A stretch of 64,000 nt of DNA, from the NCBI GenBank assembly GCA_964630695.1, contig CAZVYZ010000002.1:8951-72950 (forward strand), read 5' to 3'. The notes under the pieces were generated by a model. That model saw only the letters and a list, made by a program, of their open reading frames with translations, was not told the DNA's origin and did no database searches. Below, one piece after another: positions 38,002-47,523 of the stretch. Within the stretch, counting starts at the first letter, position 1. The number at the start of each line of letters is the position of its first letter. Source of the DNA: an uncultured Ruminococcus sp. (GTDB lineage Bacteria; Bacillota; Clostridia; Oscillospirales; CAG-272). A program made the position numbers and the translations under genes.

Positions 38002-40410
38002 TCACGCAAACCAACCGTCACGAAATCCCGCCAAGGTCATGCCGCGCAGGTAACGATCCAAATCGATTTTCCGTTCCAAGTAACTGATATAATGGTTCTT
38101 TCCGCTGTGGCGTTTTGCGTGCAACGTATATTCCCACTCCAGCAGATAGAATTCCTGCTCCCCCTCTCGGGTCGGAATCCCGCCGAGCCTGACCGATTTG
38201 TCGATACCGATTGCACACTCCCCCGAGAGAACGGTTTCCCGGTCAGACAGTCTTTGAACCCGATACGAAACCGTGACGGGCTCTGTCAGGTCGTTGACAC
38301 CGTATACCGCAATCTCCCCGCCCTTCGGTTCCGCGCACATCAGGGCAATCGGTGCCTGTGACCGCTTGAGATAGCTGTACGCCAATTTTTTCTTTCCGTA
38401 ATAGTCCACCACGGCATCGGAAATCTGCGCCCAACCATCAATCAGGTTCCACCAAATGATTCCGGCGCGGACGCCTTTTCCGATGCGGAAGGTCTCCACA
38501 AAGTATTTGTCCGCCTCTGCCTGAGAAATCTGGCTTTCCGCCGCAAACCGCGTCAGGTCCTCCGAATCCTCTCCAAACAGTGTTTGAACCTGCTCTGCCA
38601 TCAGCCCGATCCGATAGGCATAGGGACACCATTTGCTGATTTCCATGCACGCCGCATGGGTCAGCCATTCCGCATTTGCACACTCACCCTGCGGAAAGCG
38701 GCGATGGGACAGTGCATCGGCAGAGAGAAACCGCCTCAGAGAATCCGGTTCGGGGCATCCGTGATACCCAATCTCGCTTGCAAAACGGCAGACCGTATTG
38801 CTGTAATACTGCCCCTTGAACCAATCGCGCGGCCCCCAGATGTGATCCTCGGAAAGCGGAAGTCCCGTGGCGAAAGCCTTCTCGTCCACAAAGGGAGAGG
38901 ACGGCAGATACGGACGGGTCATATCCTCGCGTGCCAGCACCTCGGGGAGCACGCGGCGAGTCAGGATGTTCCGATTTGGGTCGAATTTTCTTGCATCCCA
39001 TGAGCGAAATACGTCACATTCATTGTCTCCCGCCCACAGTGCCAGCGAGCAATGTCCGCGATAGCGACGGACAACCTGCTCTGCCTCCGCCCGCAGTTTG
39101 CCGACAAAGGCTTCATTCTGCGGGTAAATTCCACACGCCATTGCGAAATCCTGCCAGATCAGAATACCGTTTTCATCGCAGAAATCAAACAGGTCCTCAT
39201 CCTCATATGCATTCCCGCCCCAAAGACGGACCATGTTACAGCCCAGATCGTTCAGCATGGGCAGAATTTCCCGCAGGCGGGACTTCGCCTGCGATCGGAA
39301 TGCGTCCACAGGAACCCAGTTGGTTCCGAGGACAAAAATCGGCTGTCCGTTTACGCGGAACCCGAATTTGCCGCATCCCATCTCTGTCCCGTTCGGCTCG
39401 ATGACTGAGGAGCGCTCCAATTCCACCGTGCGGATACCGAGACGGAAGATCCACTCGTCCATAACCGTCTCCCCGTACAGAAGCGTTGCCCGTACATCGT
39501 ACAGATTCGCCTCCCCCGCGTTTCGCGGCATCCAGAATTTCGCATTGTTGACCCACGCAGTCAGGTTTCCCTCCGAATGGCGGAGCGGCTCTTCACAACA
39601 AAAGGAACGGTCTCCGCAATTTCCGACGATGCGCAGGCGGTAAGCCGATGCCGCCGCATCCCCCAAGACCGCGCGGTAACGGAAGGTCAGTCGTGCCGTC
39701 TTTGCCGAAGGATTGACATCTGCCGTGTACCCGAACAGGTCATCCAACCGCACCTCGGGTCGCCGCAAAAGCTCCACGCTCCCCGTAATCCCCCCGCAGC
39801 AGAGCCGCGGCATGATGTCCCAACCGAAACTGCTTGCTGCCTTTCGCAAAGCAAGACTTTCGTAATTGTAAAGTTGGGCGGCACACATCGCATCGGTTTC
39901 CAAGCCGCGCGCATAAATCGTTGCGGGCTTGATATGCACGACCAACTCGTTCTCCCCGTCCCACAGCAGTCCGTCCATATCCGCTTCTTGGCAGAGAAAC
40001 ATATTCTCACATTCCAGAATCCGCTCCCCGTTCAGAAACACCTCCACCGCCGTGTCGATTTCCGCGAAGCGAAGAACCCACCCGTCGCTCTCCTTCGGCT
40101 TTGCAAACCGACAGGTATAGAACTGGTGCATGACCTCATATTTCTGCATCTCAATGGTGTGAGTTCCGAAATACGGGTCTTCACAGAGTCCCGCACGGAA
40201 AAGCGACAGCTCGAAATTGTTCGGAACGGTCGTTGTAATATGCGCAAAGCCGCCCGCCTCCAACGCCGCCCTTGTGCACAGGCGCGGGGTGGAAAGCGTA
40301 ATATCCTTTTTGTCACACTCGCCCCTTTTCCGAAGCTCCTCATGGGATGCCCAGAACAGCTCCCATTCCCCGTCCAAGGACACCGTCTGATCGTACAAAT
40401 GCCGAATCAT
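38002..40410 (-). CDS. GH2 family glycosidase, beta-mannosidase-like
   Basis: 802 aa with VRLWGGNAYEDEDLFDFCDENGILIWQDF and LWAGDNE (acid/base region). Confidence 0.8.
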   Translation of the reverse strand: MIRHLYDQTVSLDGEWELFWASHEELRKRGECDKKDITLSTPRLCTRAALEAGGFAHITTTVPNNFELSLFRAGLCEDPYFGTHTIEMQKYEVMHQFYTCRFAKPKESDGWVLRFAEIDTAVEVFLNGERILECENMFLCQEADMDGLLWDGENELVVHIKPATIYARGLETDAMCAAQLYNYESLALRKAASSFGWDIMPRLCCGGITGSVELLRRPEVRLDDLFGYTADVNPSAKTARLTFRYRAVLGDAAASAYRLRIVGNCGDRSFCCEEPLRHSEGNLTAWVNNAKFWMPRNAGEANLYDVRATLLYGETVMDEWIFRLGIRTVELERSSVIEPNGTEMGCGKFGFRVNGQPIFVLGTNWVPVDAFRSQAKSRLREILPMLNDLGCNMVRLWGGNAYEDEDLFDFCDENGILIWQDFAMACGIYPQNEAFVGKLRAEAEQVVRRYRGHCSLALWAGDNECDVFRSWDARKFDPNRNILTRRVLPEVLAREDMTRPYLPSSPFVDEKAFATGLPLSEDHIWGPRDWFKGQYYSNTVCRFASEIGYHGCPEPDSLRRFLSADALSHRRFPQGECANAEWLTHAACMEISKWCPYAYRIGLMAEQVQTLFGEDSEDLTRFAAESQISQAEADKYFVETFRIGKGVRAGIIWWNLIDGWAQISDAVVDYYGKKKLAYSYLKRSQAPIALMCAEPKGGEIAVYGVNDLTEPVTVSYRVQRLSDRETVLSGECAIGIDKSVRLGGIPTREGEQEFYLLEWEYTLHAKRHSGKNHYISYLERKIDLDRYLRGMTLAGFRDGWFA

Positions 40411-40418
40411 AATGCGTC

Positions 40419-41237
40419 TTACTCCGTTTCGGTATAGCGATAAGGCGTACCGATGAACCCAAGTTGCTTGAAATCAAGATAGTTGTGGCGAACGATGTAA
40501 TCCAGATAGGAGGCAACCATCCGTCCCGTGAGCGCATACCCCAACGGGTTCAGATGTCCGCCGAGATAATACACCTGCTTGAATTCTGCCGTGTAGATCG
40601 GTGCATATGCGTAAAAATCCAACACATAGGTATTGGGAAACAGCTCCGCCAATTCATACAGCAGGTTTCTGTGCAGCTGCTTGAGCGAATCGTGCCAGAT
40701 GTCGTTGCTCTGCGGCATGGTCATCAGGAAGAACCGCGCGTCGGGTTGAATCTCCCGATAGCGCTGAATAATCTGCGCATAGTAACCGACAAAGCTGTGC
40801 GCGTTCTGCCGCCAATCCTTCACGCATACATCTGCAACGGTTCCGATTTCCGTTTCCGAAAGGTCATACCCCTGATTGAACAGATCGTTGACCCCCAACG
40901 CCAAAATATAAGCCTGACATTTCTTTTCGGGGTCCCAATACCCCATCTGCTCCGCAAAGCTCTCGCAGTATTCCCTTGCGGTCATGCCTCCGCGTGAGAA
41001 ATTATAAACGCGGTTTCCGCTCAGCCTTGCAAAAAACTGCCCCCACGAATATTCAAACATATCGTGATAGGTCTTTTCTCCCGCCTCGTTGGTCGCCTCG
41101 AATTCCCCCGAAGAAAGGCTGTCCCCAACACAGCCGACTGTCCTGAAAATGCCGCTCATGCCTCCGTCCGTGCAAAGGGTGTCAAGCGGCTTTTCCTCCC
41201 CGTTCGGGATCAGATGCTCTTTCCAATTTCTTTCCAT
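40419..41237 (-). CDS. SGNH/GDSL-family esterase
   Basis: 272 aa with VGCVGDSLSSGE (block I) and LALGVNDL (block III). Confidence 0.8.
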   Translation of the reverse strand: MERNWKEHLIPNGEEKPLDTLCTDGGMSGIFRTVGCVGDSLSSGEFEATNEAGEKTYHDMFEYSWGQFFARLSGNRVYNFSRGGMTAREYCESFAEQMGYWDPEKKCQAYILALGVNDLFNQGYDLSETEIGTVADVCVKDWRQNAHSFVGYYAQIIQRYREIQPDARFFLMTMPQSNDIWHDSLKQLHRNLLYELAELFPNTYVLDFYAYAPIYTAEFKQVYYLGGHLNPLGYALTGRMVASYLDYIVRHNYLDFKQLGFIGTPYRYTETE

Positions 41238-41240
41238 GTC

Positions 41241-42470
41241 TTATTCTCCTTTTATTTTCAGATTTTCGCAACCGTTTTCCGCGATATACAGTGAGTCCGC
41301 CGCCGAAAACGGCGCAGGCTCGAGCCACGGAATGTTCGGTTGCAGATCCAACTTTCCGACATAATACGGGTGTGTACTGCCCTTTTTATGGGTATATATG
41401 CATCCCGAAAGCGTGACATTGCGGATGTTCCGGTTTTCTCCCGCAATCAGGGACGGGTTCTCCTGCGTAAAGTGGCAGTTCTTCAGCGTGATATTCGCAA
41501 TCTCTCCGCTCGACCTCTTGGCGCAGAGGACAAATCCTTCGCCCTTGCCCCACCATGTTCCCGCAAAAATCCGCGTCTCGGCTTCCAGATTTTCAATTTC
41601 GATGTTTTCAACCCGCCCGCCGTCGGCGGCAAAAACGGCTACGGCACGGCTTGACGGCAGAACTTTGATGTTTTTGACACGGACATTTCTCACATGGCTC
41701 GAAAGATGTCCGAAGCGGAGCGCCGCAGAGCGGGAGGACAACAGGCAATCCCGAATCTCGATGTCCTCGCAAACACCGTCCCAATCGGTAATGCAGGTTG
41801 CCGCAATGCAATCGTCGCCGCACAGAAATGTGCAGTTCTGTACAACGATCTGCCGCGACGCGGAAAAATGGACCCCGTCATTGTTCGGTATCCGTCTGTG
41901 ATTGTCAACAGAAAGGTCACTCAGCACGATATCCGCACAGCGGGAAAAGGTAATCCCCCAACACGGTGCATTGCAGACCGTGATTCCTTCCAGACGGATA
42001 TGCCGGCAGGAATCAAAGAAGATCGGCTGGGTCGGACGCTCCCGCGCACTAACGACAGTCTGCTCAATGTATTCCCGCGTCATCGTAGAGCGGTCAATCT
42101 CGCTCGGAAGAGCATACGATGCAAAATTCATGAATGCGTCACCGGAAAGCTGAATCTTTCCCTTTCCGCAAATCGTGATATTCTCCTCGTTCAGCGCGTA
42201 CAAAAGCGACACGGTTTGGTTCATTTCATTGTGGTGAAAGCCGCACGCCCGATACTGCGCAAGATTGCGGGAAGCGCAGATTTCCGCATCTTCCCTGATC
42301 TCAATGGTGATATTGCTCCGCAAAGCAAGCGTTCCCGTCAGAAAACTCCCGTTTGAGAAAACCAAGGTGCCCCCTGCCTCAACCGAATCAATCGCCCGCT
42401 GAATCGCAACGGTATCCAAAGTTGTTCCGTCACCCTTTGCACCGTACACTCTGACATCTACTGTTTTCAT
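41241..42470 (-). CDS. GH28 family glycoside hydrolase (polygalacturonase-like)
   Basis: Start at MKTVDVRVYGAKGDGTTLDT. NNDGVHF, CGDDCIA and RFGH motifs, then RVKNI. Confidence 0.8.
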   Translation of the reverse strand: MKTVDVRVYGAKGDGTTLDTVAIQRAIDSVEAGGTLVFSNGSFLTGTLALRSNITIEIREDAEICASRNLAQYRACGFHHNEMNQTVSLLYALNEENITICGKGKIQLSGDAFMNFASYALPSEIDRSTMTREYIEQTVVSARERPTQPIFFDSCRHIRLEGITVCNAPCWGITFSRCADIVLSDLSVDNHRRIPNNDGVHFSASRQIVVQNCTFLCGDDCIAATCITDWDGVCEDIEIRDCLLSSRSAALRFGHLSSHVRNVRVKNIKVLPSSRAVAVFAADGGRVENIEIENLEAETRIFAGTWWGKGEGFVLCAKRSSGEIANITLKNCHFTQENPSLIAGENRNIRNVTLSGCIYTHKKGSTHPYYVGKLDLQPNIPWLEPAPFSAADSLYIAENGCENLKIKGE

Positions 42471-42474
42471 CCCT

Positions 42475-44073
42475 TTACCTCTTCTCAATTTGGTCATACG
42501 CATAATGACCGAACCAATCCACCGTAAATTCTTCTCCGTTGAGACTCCACCGACGCGGGCAGTTGTTTTCCATCCAGTCCAGCGGAATCAGTTGATCCTC
42601 CTGCCGCGAATTGACCCGTAGCGTCTCGCAAACCGCCACTCGAATATCTTCCGTATCCTGCGATGGCTCCCAGCTGATAAAAAGCGGCGTTCCGCTGTGG
42701 GCAAGCAGGTGCATCCACCGTTGATTCAGCTCCCACGGGACAAGTCCGGTCAACCCAACACAATCTGCATCCGACACATAGAAGGTTCCGTTCTGAATCG
42801 AACGGAATGCCAATGTATTCACGCCGAATTGTCTGGTCCTGCGCCAATCCCGCCCGCTGGTGTCATCCCCCGTTCGGTTGATCTCCACCAAACCCGCACA
42901 CAGATGTCCGATCGCGTTACACCCGATCAGCACGGCATCTCCCGAAGCCTCGCGTATTGCCCGATAGAGCCGCAAAATGATTTCCGCCGAGGTTTTGGAG
43001 CGGTCGTGAAAGCTCCAATTTCCGTCCGCAAAAAAGCCCGGGCATTCCCAGCCCCACTTTCCAAACAAATCGTAGGTTACAAAATCGAATTTTATCAGCC
43101 GATACCCCCAGCCGACAAGGCGGGAGAACTGCGTTTTGATGTAATCCAACGAGCCGTCATCCGAAGGATCCAGAAAACAGCCGTTCCGCTCCAACCGACA
43201 TACCTGCGGCAGGTTGAGAAGCGCCATCTGGGAAAGCGGACGGAGCCAGATTCCGGGGTTCACCCCCATCTCTGTCATCTGCTCAGCCAACCCTTTCATG
43301 TCCGGAAATTTCTCATTCCCGTGATCCCACGGTCCGTCACAAGCATTCGGCTGCCAGCAATCATCAATCACCATATAAGGTTTGTGCAAGCCCTTGGTAC
43401 AATCTGCGAGCTTTGCGGCATCGCGCAGAACCTCCTCTGCGGAGCTGACTCCGTAAGCATAGTAAAAATTGTTAAAACCATACACGGGTTCTCTCGGAAA
43501 AATCGGGTCGCCGCACATTTCCCCGCAAAAGCATTTCCCGCTTTGGTAAGCACTGCAATCGCGGTAGTCCCGAAACAGAATCTCTGCCGCCCGGAGCGTC
43601 CGTCCTCCAAGGATAACGCCTCGCCCGCCGCACCGAATGTCCAACGTCAAAGTAACACCGCCGTCATCGTATTGCCAGAATGCAAAGGAGGAAGGACGAA
43701 CCTTAACCCCAAAGCATTCGGTATATCTTCCGGCATAACAGGGGTTGGAATCTGTACCGTTTGAAACCATGCAATACCAAGGCATACACCGCTCCGGCAC
43801 AATTCCTTGCCACGACAGATCCCCGTAGGCACGCTCCCACGCATCTCCCAAAATATGAACCGGCTCAGCACGGCGTTCCCCGTCATGGAAAAACCATTTC
43901 AACACAACATAGCACAGCGGTACCTCGTCCGCAGTGACTGCGGGGATCAAATTGCCCCTCTCAAAATACAGCTTCATGGAAACGCCTGCTCCATCCGCGT
44001 TTCCGTCGGATGTCAGAATCCGTTTCCCGTTTTCTCCGTAAATCCAATAAATATCCGGAAATCTGATTTGCAT
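42475..44073 (-). CDS. Clan GH-D alpha-galactosidase-like enzyme (GH36/GH27-type)
   Basis: Start at MQIRFPDIYW (GGAGGG RBS). MVIDDCWQ and LIKFDFV motifs. Confidence 0.65.
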   Translation of the reverse strand: MQIRFPDIYWIYGENGKRILTSDGNADGAGVSMKLYFERGNLIPAVTADEVPLCYVVLKWFFHDGERRAEPVHILGDAWERAYGDLSWQGIVPERCMPWYCMVSNGTDSNPCYAGRYTECFGVKVRPSSFAFWQYDDGGVTLTLDIRCGGRGVILGGRTLRAAEILFRDYRDCSAYQSGKCFCGEMCGDPIFPREPVYGFNNFYYAYGVSSAEEVLRDAAKLADCTKGLHKPYMVIDDCWQPNACDGPWDHGNEKFPDMKGLAEQMTEMGVNPGIWLRPLSQMALLNLPQVCRLERNGCFLDPSDDGSLDYIKTQFSRLVGWGYRLIKFDFVTYDLFGKWGWECPGFFADGNWSFHDRSKTSAEIILRLYRAIREASGDAVLIGCNAIGHLCAGLVEINRTGDDTSGRDWRRTRQFGVNTLAFRSIQNGTFYVSDADCVGLTGLVPWELNQRWMHLLAHSGTPLFISWEPSQDTEDIRVAVCETLRVNSRQEDQLIPLDWMENNCPRRWSLNGEEFTVDWFGHYAYDQIEKR

Positions 44074-44115
44074 GATTTTGTCCCTCCCGCCAGAAGCGTA
44101 ATCGGTTACACAATG

Positions 44116-44144
44116 ATTATACCACAAAATCCATATCATGTCAA
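44116..44144 (-). promoter_or_regulatory. Consensus promoter of the aGal-GH28-SGNH-GH2 operon
   Basis: Minus strand: TTGACA (44139-44144), 17-nt spacer, TATAAT (44116-44121). Confidence 0.65.
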
Positions 44145-44391
44145 GCATTTTTATTTTGTCTCATTACACAAAATCAGTCACACCAAATTATGCTTTATGC
44201 ACAATGCGTATTTGCGATGATTCAACATATCGTTTTCCCTTTTTCCCCAACCGTATCCCTTCAGGTGGGTACTTCACCTTCCCCGCTCACGGTGAACCGG
44301 GGCGGGGGTCAGCGCGGAGGCAGAGTTCCGTCTTGGCAGGAAAATTGTTTTTTTTGCGACAGCCCATTTTCTGCCGATGTCCTCCCCGTTT

Positions 44392-44649
44392 TCAATGCTT
44401 CAGCAGATACAGATTGCTGCTCCTTGCCCCGTTTCTTCGGAGACGGGGTTCTTTTTGCAGCCAGCCGGCGGCGACGAGGTCTTGGATGGCGCGCTTGACG
44501 GCGGCTTCGGACAGACCTGTATCGCGGGAGACGGTCGGAATGGACGGGAAACAGGTACCGTCCTTATTGCTTCGCTCGCGGAGGTAGAGATAGACGGTCA
44601 CGGCGCGGGAAGGGAGGTTTTGTTGGTAGAACGTGTCAAGAAAGCCCAT
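44392..44649 (-). CDS. Winged-helix/HTH DNA-binding protein typical of integrative elements
   Basis: Start at MGFLDTFYQQNL, 85 aa. AVTVYLYLRERSNKDGTCFPSIPTVSRDTGLSEAAVKRAIQDLVAAGWL. Confidence 0.55.
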   Translation of the reverse strand: MGFLDTFYQQNLPSRAVTVYLYLRERSNKDGTCFPSIPTVSRDTGLSEAAVKRAIQDLVAAGWLQKEPRLRRNGARSSNLYLLKH

Positions 44650-44650
44650 G

Positions 44651-45263
44651 TCATACCTCCTGCTCCGGTGGATGACGTTGGTGCGACTGCGGGCGCGGAT
44701 GCAAACGGATGCTCCTGCCGCGCTTTGGCGGGTTTGGGGACAGTACCAAATCCTCCGCTCCGACGGGGATTGCGCCCTCCGGGATTTCGGAATCCGGATT
44801 CTGTGTTTTGGGCTTCGGGTAGCGGGCTTGGATTGCCTGAAGCAGTTCGTCCTTTGCAGCATAGGCAACGGCTCGGTTGCCGTGTTCCTCTGCGTGGTGG
44901 GAAAACGAATTTGATTTTTCACTTGAAGAATAATTTCTGTATCTTGATGCACGATATAAAGAATCTATCAAATAATAGCAAAGCGCACCCGCCTCTTTGC
45001 ACAAGTCCATTAAAAACGGACAATTGAAAAAAAGAGCCTCCTGCGGAACGAAACAATGCGTATGCGTCCGGCTGAATGCCGCAAAGGTGGACGGCGGACA
45101 GATCAGCTTTGCCGTCTCGGAACGCGCCCCGCACCTGTTTCCACAATGTCTTGTCTGCGGTCAAAAGATACACCGCCGCAAGATGGTGCGCGGGCGGGCG
45201 GTGCTTCTGCCGCCTGATGTAGTTCTGAAAAATCTGCCTGTGCTTCTCCCCTCGAAATTCCAT
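44651..45263 (-). pseudogene. DUF6075-like mobile-element protein, apparently frameshifted
   Basis: Two overlapping ORFs (44919..45263 and 44651..45010) read as N- and C-parts of one protein. A T7 run (A7 at 45027-45033 on plus) lies at the switch point. Confidence 0.4.
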
Positions 45264-45438
45264 TGTATTTTCTCCGCAAATTGCAACTTGCTATTGCAAT
45301 TTGCGCTTTTTTATTTTGAGAAACAAAAAAGGCGAATGAGAGCCTTTCATTCGCCGCGCCGCTTGGACGCGAAAAAATTTCTCATTCGCCTGTTTGTGAT
45401 TCAATTTTTTCTTGCCTGTTGGGTCAAAAATCCGATGA

Positions 45439-45580
45439 CATGAGTTCGCGCCCCACCAAAATCCTGAAAATATCTGCGTTTCGTGATTTTTTTGTCACCG
45501 AGTCAAAGTGCCAAAAAGGGGCAAAAAACCGGGTAAAAACCCGGTTTTTGCGAAGAATATCCATTTATGTTCTTCATATG
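45439..45580. repeat. 144-bp direct repeat, copy B
   Basis: Near-identical to 21504-21647. It ends at CATATG, directly abutting the tmRNA 3'-end duplicate. Confidence 0.9.
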
Positions 45581-45598
45581 GTGGAAGTGATGGGAATC
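45579..45598 (-). repeat. Duplicate of the tmRNA 3' end (att remnant 1)
   Basis: TGGTGGAAGTGATGGGAATC is identical to 56454-56473. The flanking CTGAACCG mimics the T-loop. Confidence 0.85.
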
Positions 45599-45778
45599 TG
45601 AACCGAAATGTGCGGTTCAGACAGTGCGTCGCCTTTCGGAGGACTGTCGCACATTCATTCCGCCGTCTTTTGATTAGAGATACGCTTTTTGTTTCATGCG
45701 GCGGAGTGGGTTCGATTTTTTCGAGCGTTCTACCAAGCAACAAGAGAACCGACGCAATGCGTCGGTTCTCTTGTTGCT

Positions 45779-45798
45779 TGGTGGAGATGATGGGAATC
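45779..45798 (-). repeat. Degenerate duplicate of the tmRNA 3' end (att remnant 2)
   Basis: TGGTGGAGATGATGGGAATC has 2 mismatches to the ssrA 3' end and lies 100 nt from the integrase stop. Confidence 0.8.
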
Positions 45799-45898
45799 TA
45801 CACAAACGCCCAATATATCTATATTTTGTGTAAATCATCATTCACAGAACACAATATATAGTATTCAAGGACGGTATGTTTTGTTACATAACATTTCG

Positions 45899-47038
45899 TT
45901 AGATTTTCGAGATGATATCCAGTTTGTCCTCTTCGTATAAGTGACCGTAAGTTTTCATTACTTGTTCCACTGTATCGCCAATCAAATCCGCAACCACCAT
46001 TATATTTGCACCGAGGTGTATCAACATAGAGACAAACGAATGCCGAAGATCGTGTAACCGAATCGGCTCTAATCCAGCCTTTTTGCAGTAGACGAGAAAA
46101 CGATGCCTCACGGTATTTTCTGCAAATGGAGTCTCTCCACCAAAGAAAAATGTCTTCTGTCCATTATAGCCTTTCAGAATCTCCTGCAACGGCTTGCAAA
46201 TCGGCGTTGTCGCTTTTTTCTCATTCTTGGTGTTTGTGATTGTATATGGCGTTCCATCATGCGTCTTGCGTGAGTATGTCTTTGTAAAACTGATTCGATC
46301 CGGCTTGATGTCCTCATACTGTAAAGCGAGAACCTCACCCTTTCTTCTTCCGGTATAAAACAGAACCGCGAAAAAGGCTTTGTACCTTTGGTCATCCACA
46401 ACAGAAAGAAACTGTTGGAACTGTTCCTTCGTCCAAAATTTCATTTCCGTTTTCTGCGCGCGCTTCTTCGGTGGTTTCACCCTACGGAGACTGTTCGGAA
46501 TCCCATATCGGCTTTCTGCATAGGAAAGGATCGGCATCAGGATGTTTCGGATTTTCGCCGTATACGCTTGTGAATATGGCTCTCCGTTCGGTTTACGCAT
46601 TGCCAGAATCTCGTCCTGCCAACGAAATAGGCGCTCCGTTGTCAAGTCACACAGCTTCTCTTTGCCGAGAGAAGGCTTGATATATAGGTCATACAGCTGT
46701 TTTTTGTCCCAAATCGTAGAGCCTTTGTTTTGGGCGCTTGCAGCAGCAAGATAGATTGGGAACATTTCTTCAACAGTATAATCATGCACCGCTGCGGAAG
46801 TGTCTGCGGCTTTTTTCTTGTTTGCAACATCCGGGGAAATCAACTCGCAGTACTTGGTAACGAAATCGATGTACCCGCGCCCCGCTTCTTTTCTCGACTT
46901 AAAGCCGCAAAGCCGTTTCTGCTTTGTCTGCCCGTCGAGCGTGACCACGCGAAACACAATATCAAACGAGGACTTGCCGTCTTTCATGATGCGTTCCTGT
47001 ACGCTGTATTTATTCGAGGTGATATATAACTCTGTCAT
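45899..47038 (-). CDS. Tyrosine recombinase / phage integrase
   Basis: 379 aa with an N-terminal arm-binding-like domain, TGRRKGEVLAL, HDLRHSFVSML and GHLY (catalytic Tyr). Confidence 0.9.
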   Translation of the reverse strand: MTELYITSNKYSVQERIMKDGKSSFDIVFRVVTLDGQTKQKRLCGFKSRKEAGRGYIDFVTKYCELISPDVANKKKAADTSAAVHDYTVEEMFPIYLAAASAQNKGSTIWDKKQLYDLYIKPSLGKEKLCDLTTERLFRWQDEILAMRKPNGEPYSQAYTAKIRNILMPILSYAESRYGIPNSLRRVKPPKKRAQKTEMKFWTKEQFQQFLSVVDDQRYKAFFAVLFYTGRRKGEVLALQYEDIKPDRISFTKTYSRKTHDGTPYTITNTKNEKKATTPICKPLQEILKGYNGQKTFFFGGETPFAENTVRHRFLVYCKKAGLEPIRLHDLRHSFVSMLIHLGANIMVVADLIGDTVEQVMKTYGHLYEEDKLDIISKI

Positions 47039-47148
47039 AGCAATCCTCCTTATTATGTTTTATTCTGCCAATTTGTCACCGATAAATAGCCAAGTTACCT
47101 AATGACTTTTCCATTTTTCAAAAATAAATTAGTTTCGACAAAATTCAC

Positions 47149-47177
47149 TTGACTTTTAACAAACTATGAATTATAAT
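47149..47177 (+). promoter_or_regulatory. Consensus promoter for the 47-aa sORF
   Basis: TTGACT (47149-47154), 17-nt spacer, TATAAT (47172-47177). Confidence 0.6.
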
Positions 47178-47209
47178 GAATGTAATCGAATATTAGAAAG
47201 GGGCATGAA

Positions 47210-47353
47210 ATGAACGAACTATCTGCTTTGATTGAATCCTGCGCCGACAAGCAATCCGCCATACGGATTGCAACATCCGTTATTCTGGCGTATCTTGGGC
47301 AATTGCGATCCGGTCAAGCAGTTCGTTCTGCCGGTAAAACCGGCAATACATAA
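47210..47353 (+). CDS. 47-aa sORF with its own promoter and terminator
   Basis: RBS GAAAGGGG. The product is MNELSALIESCADKQSAIRIATSVILAYLGQLRSGQAVRSAGKTGNT. It is followed by hairpin GTGGTTG..CAACCAC plus T6. Confidence 0.35.
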   Translation: MNELSALIESCADKQSAIRIATSVILAYLGQLRSGQAVRSAGKTGNT

Positions 47354-47436
47354 TATACTGTGGTTGTTTCCGTTATGGAGGCAACCACTTTTTTCGTTAA
47401 GGCATACTTGTACCAATCTTAGACGAACCTTAGACG

Positions 47437-47523
47437 AAAAAAGACCCATAGGCTCGGCATTCCTCTGATAATAGAGGGTGCGTACTGCTATGGATCGGTT
47501 GAATGTAAGCGTCCGGAACGCTT
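47437..47523 (-). ncRNA. Candidate ~87-nt small RNA (promoter and terminator only, function unknown)
   Basis: Minus strand: TTGACA (47553-47558), 17-nt spacer, TATAAT (47530-47535). The nested hairpins GATCCATAGC..GCCTATGGGTC and CCTCT..AGAGG end in T6 (47437-47442). Confidence 0.3.
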
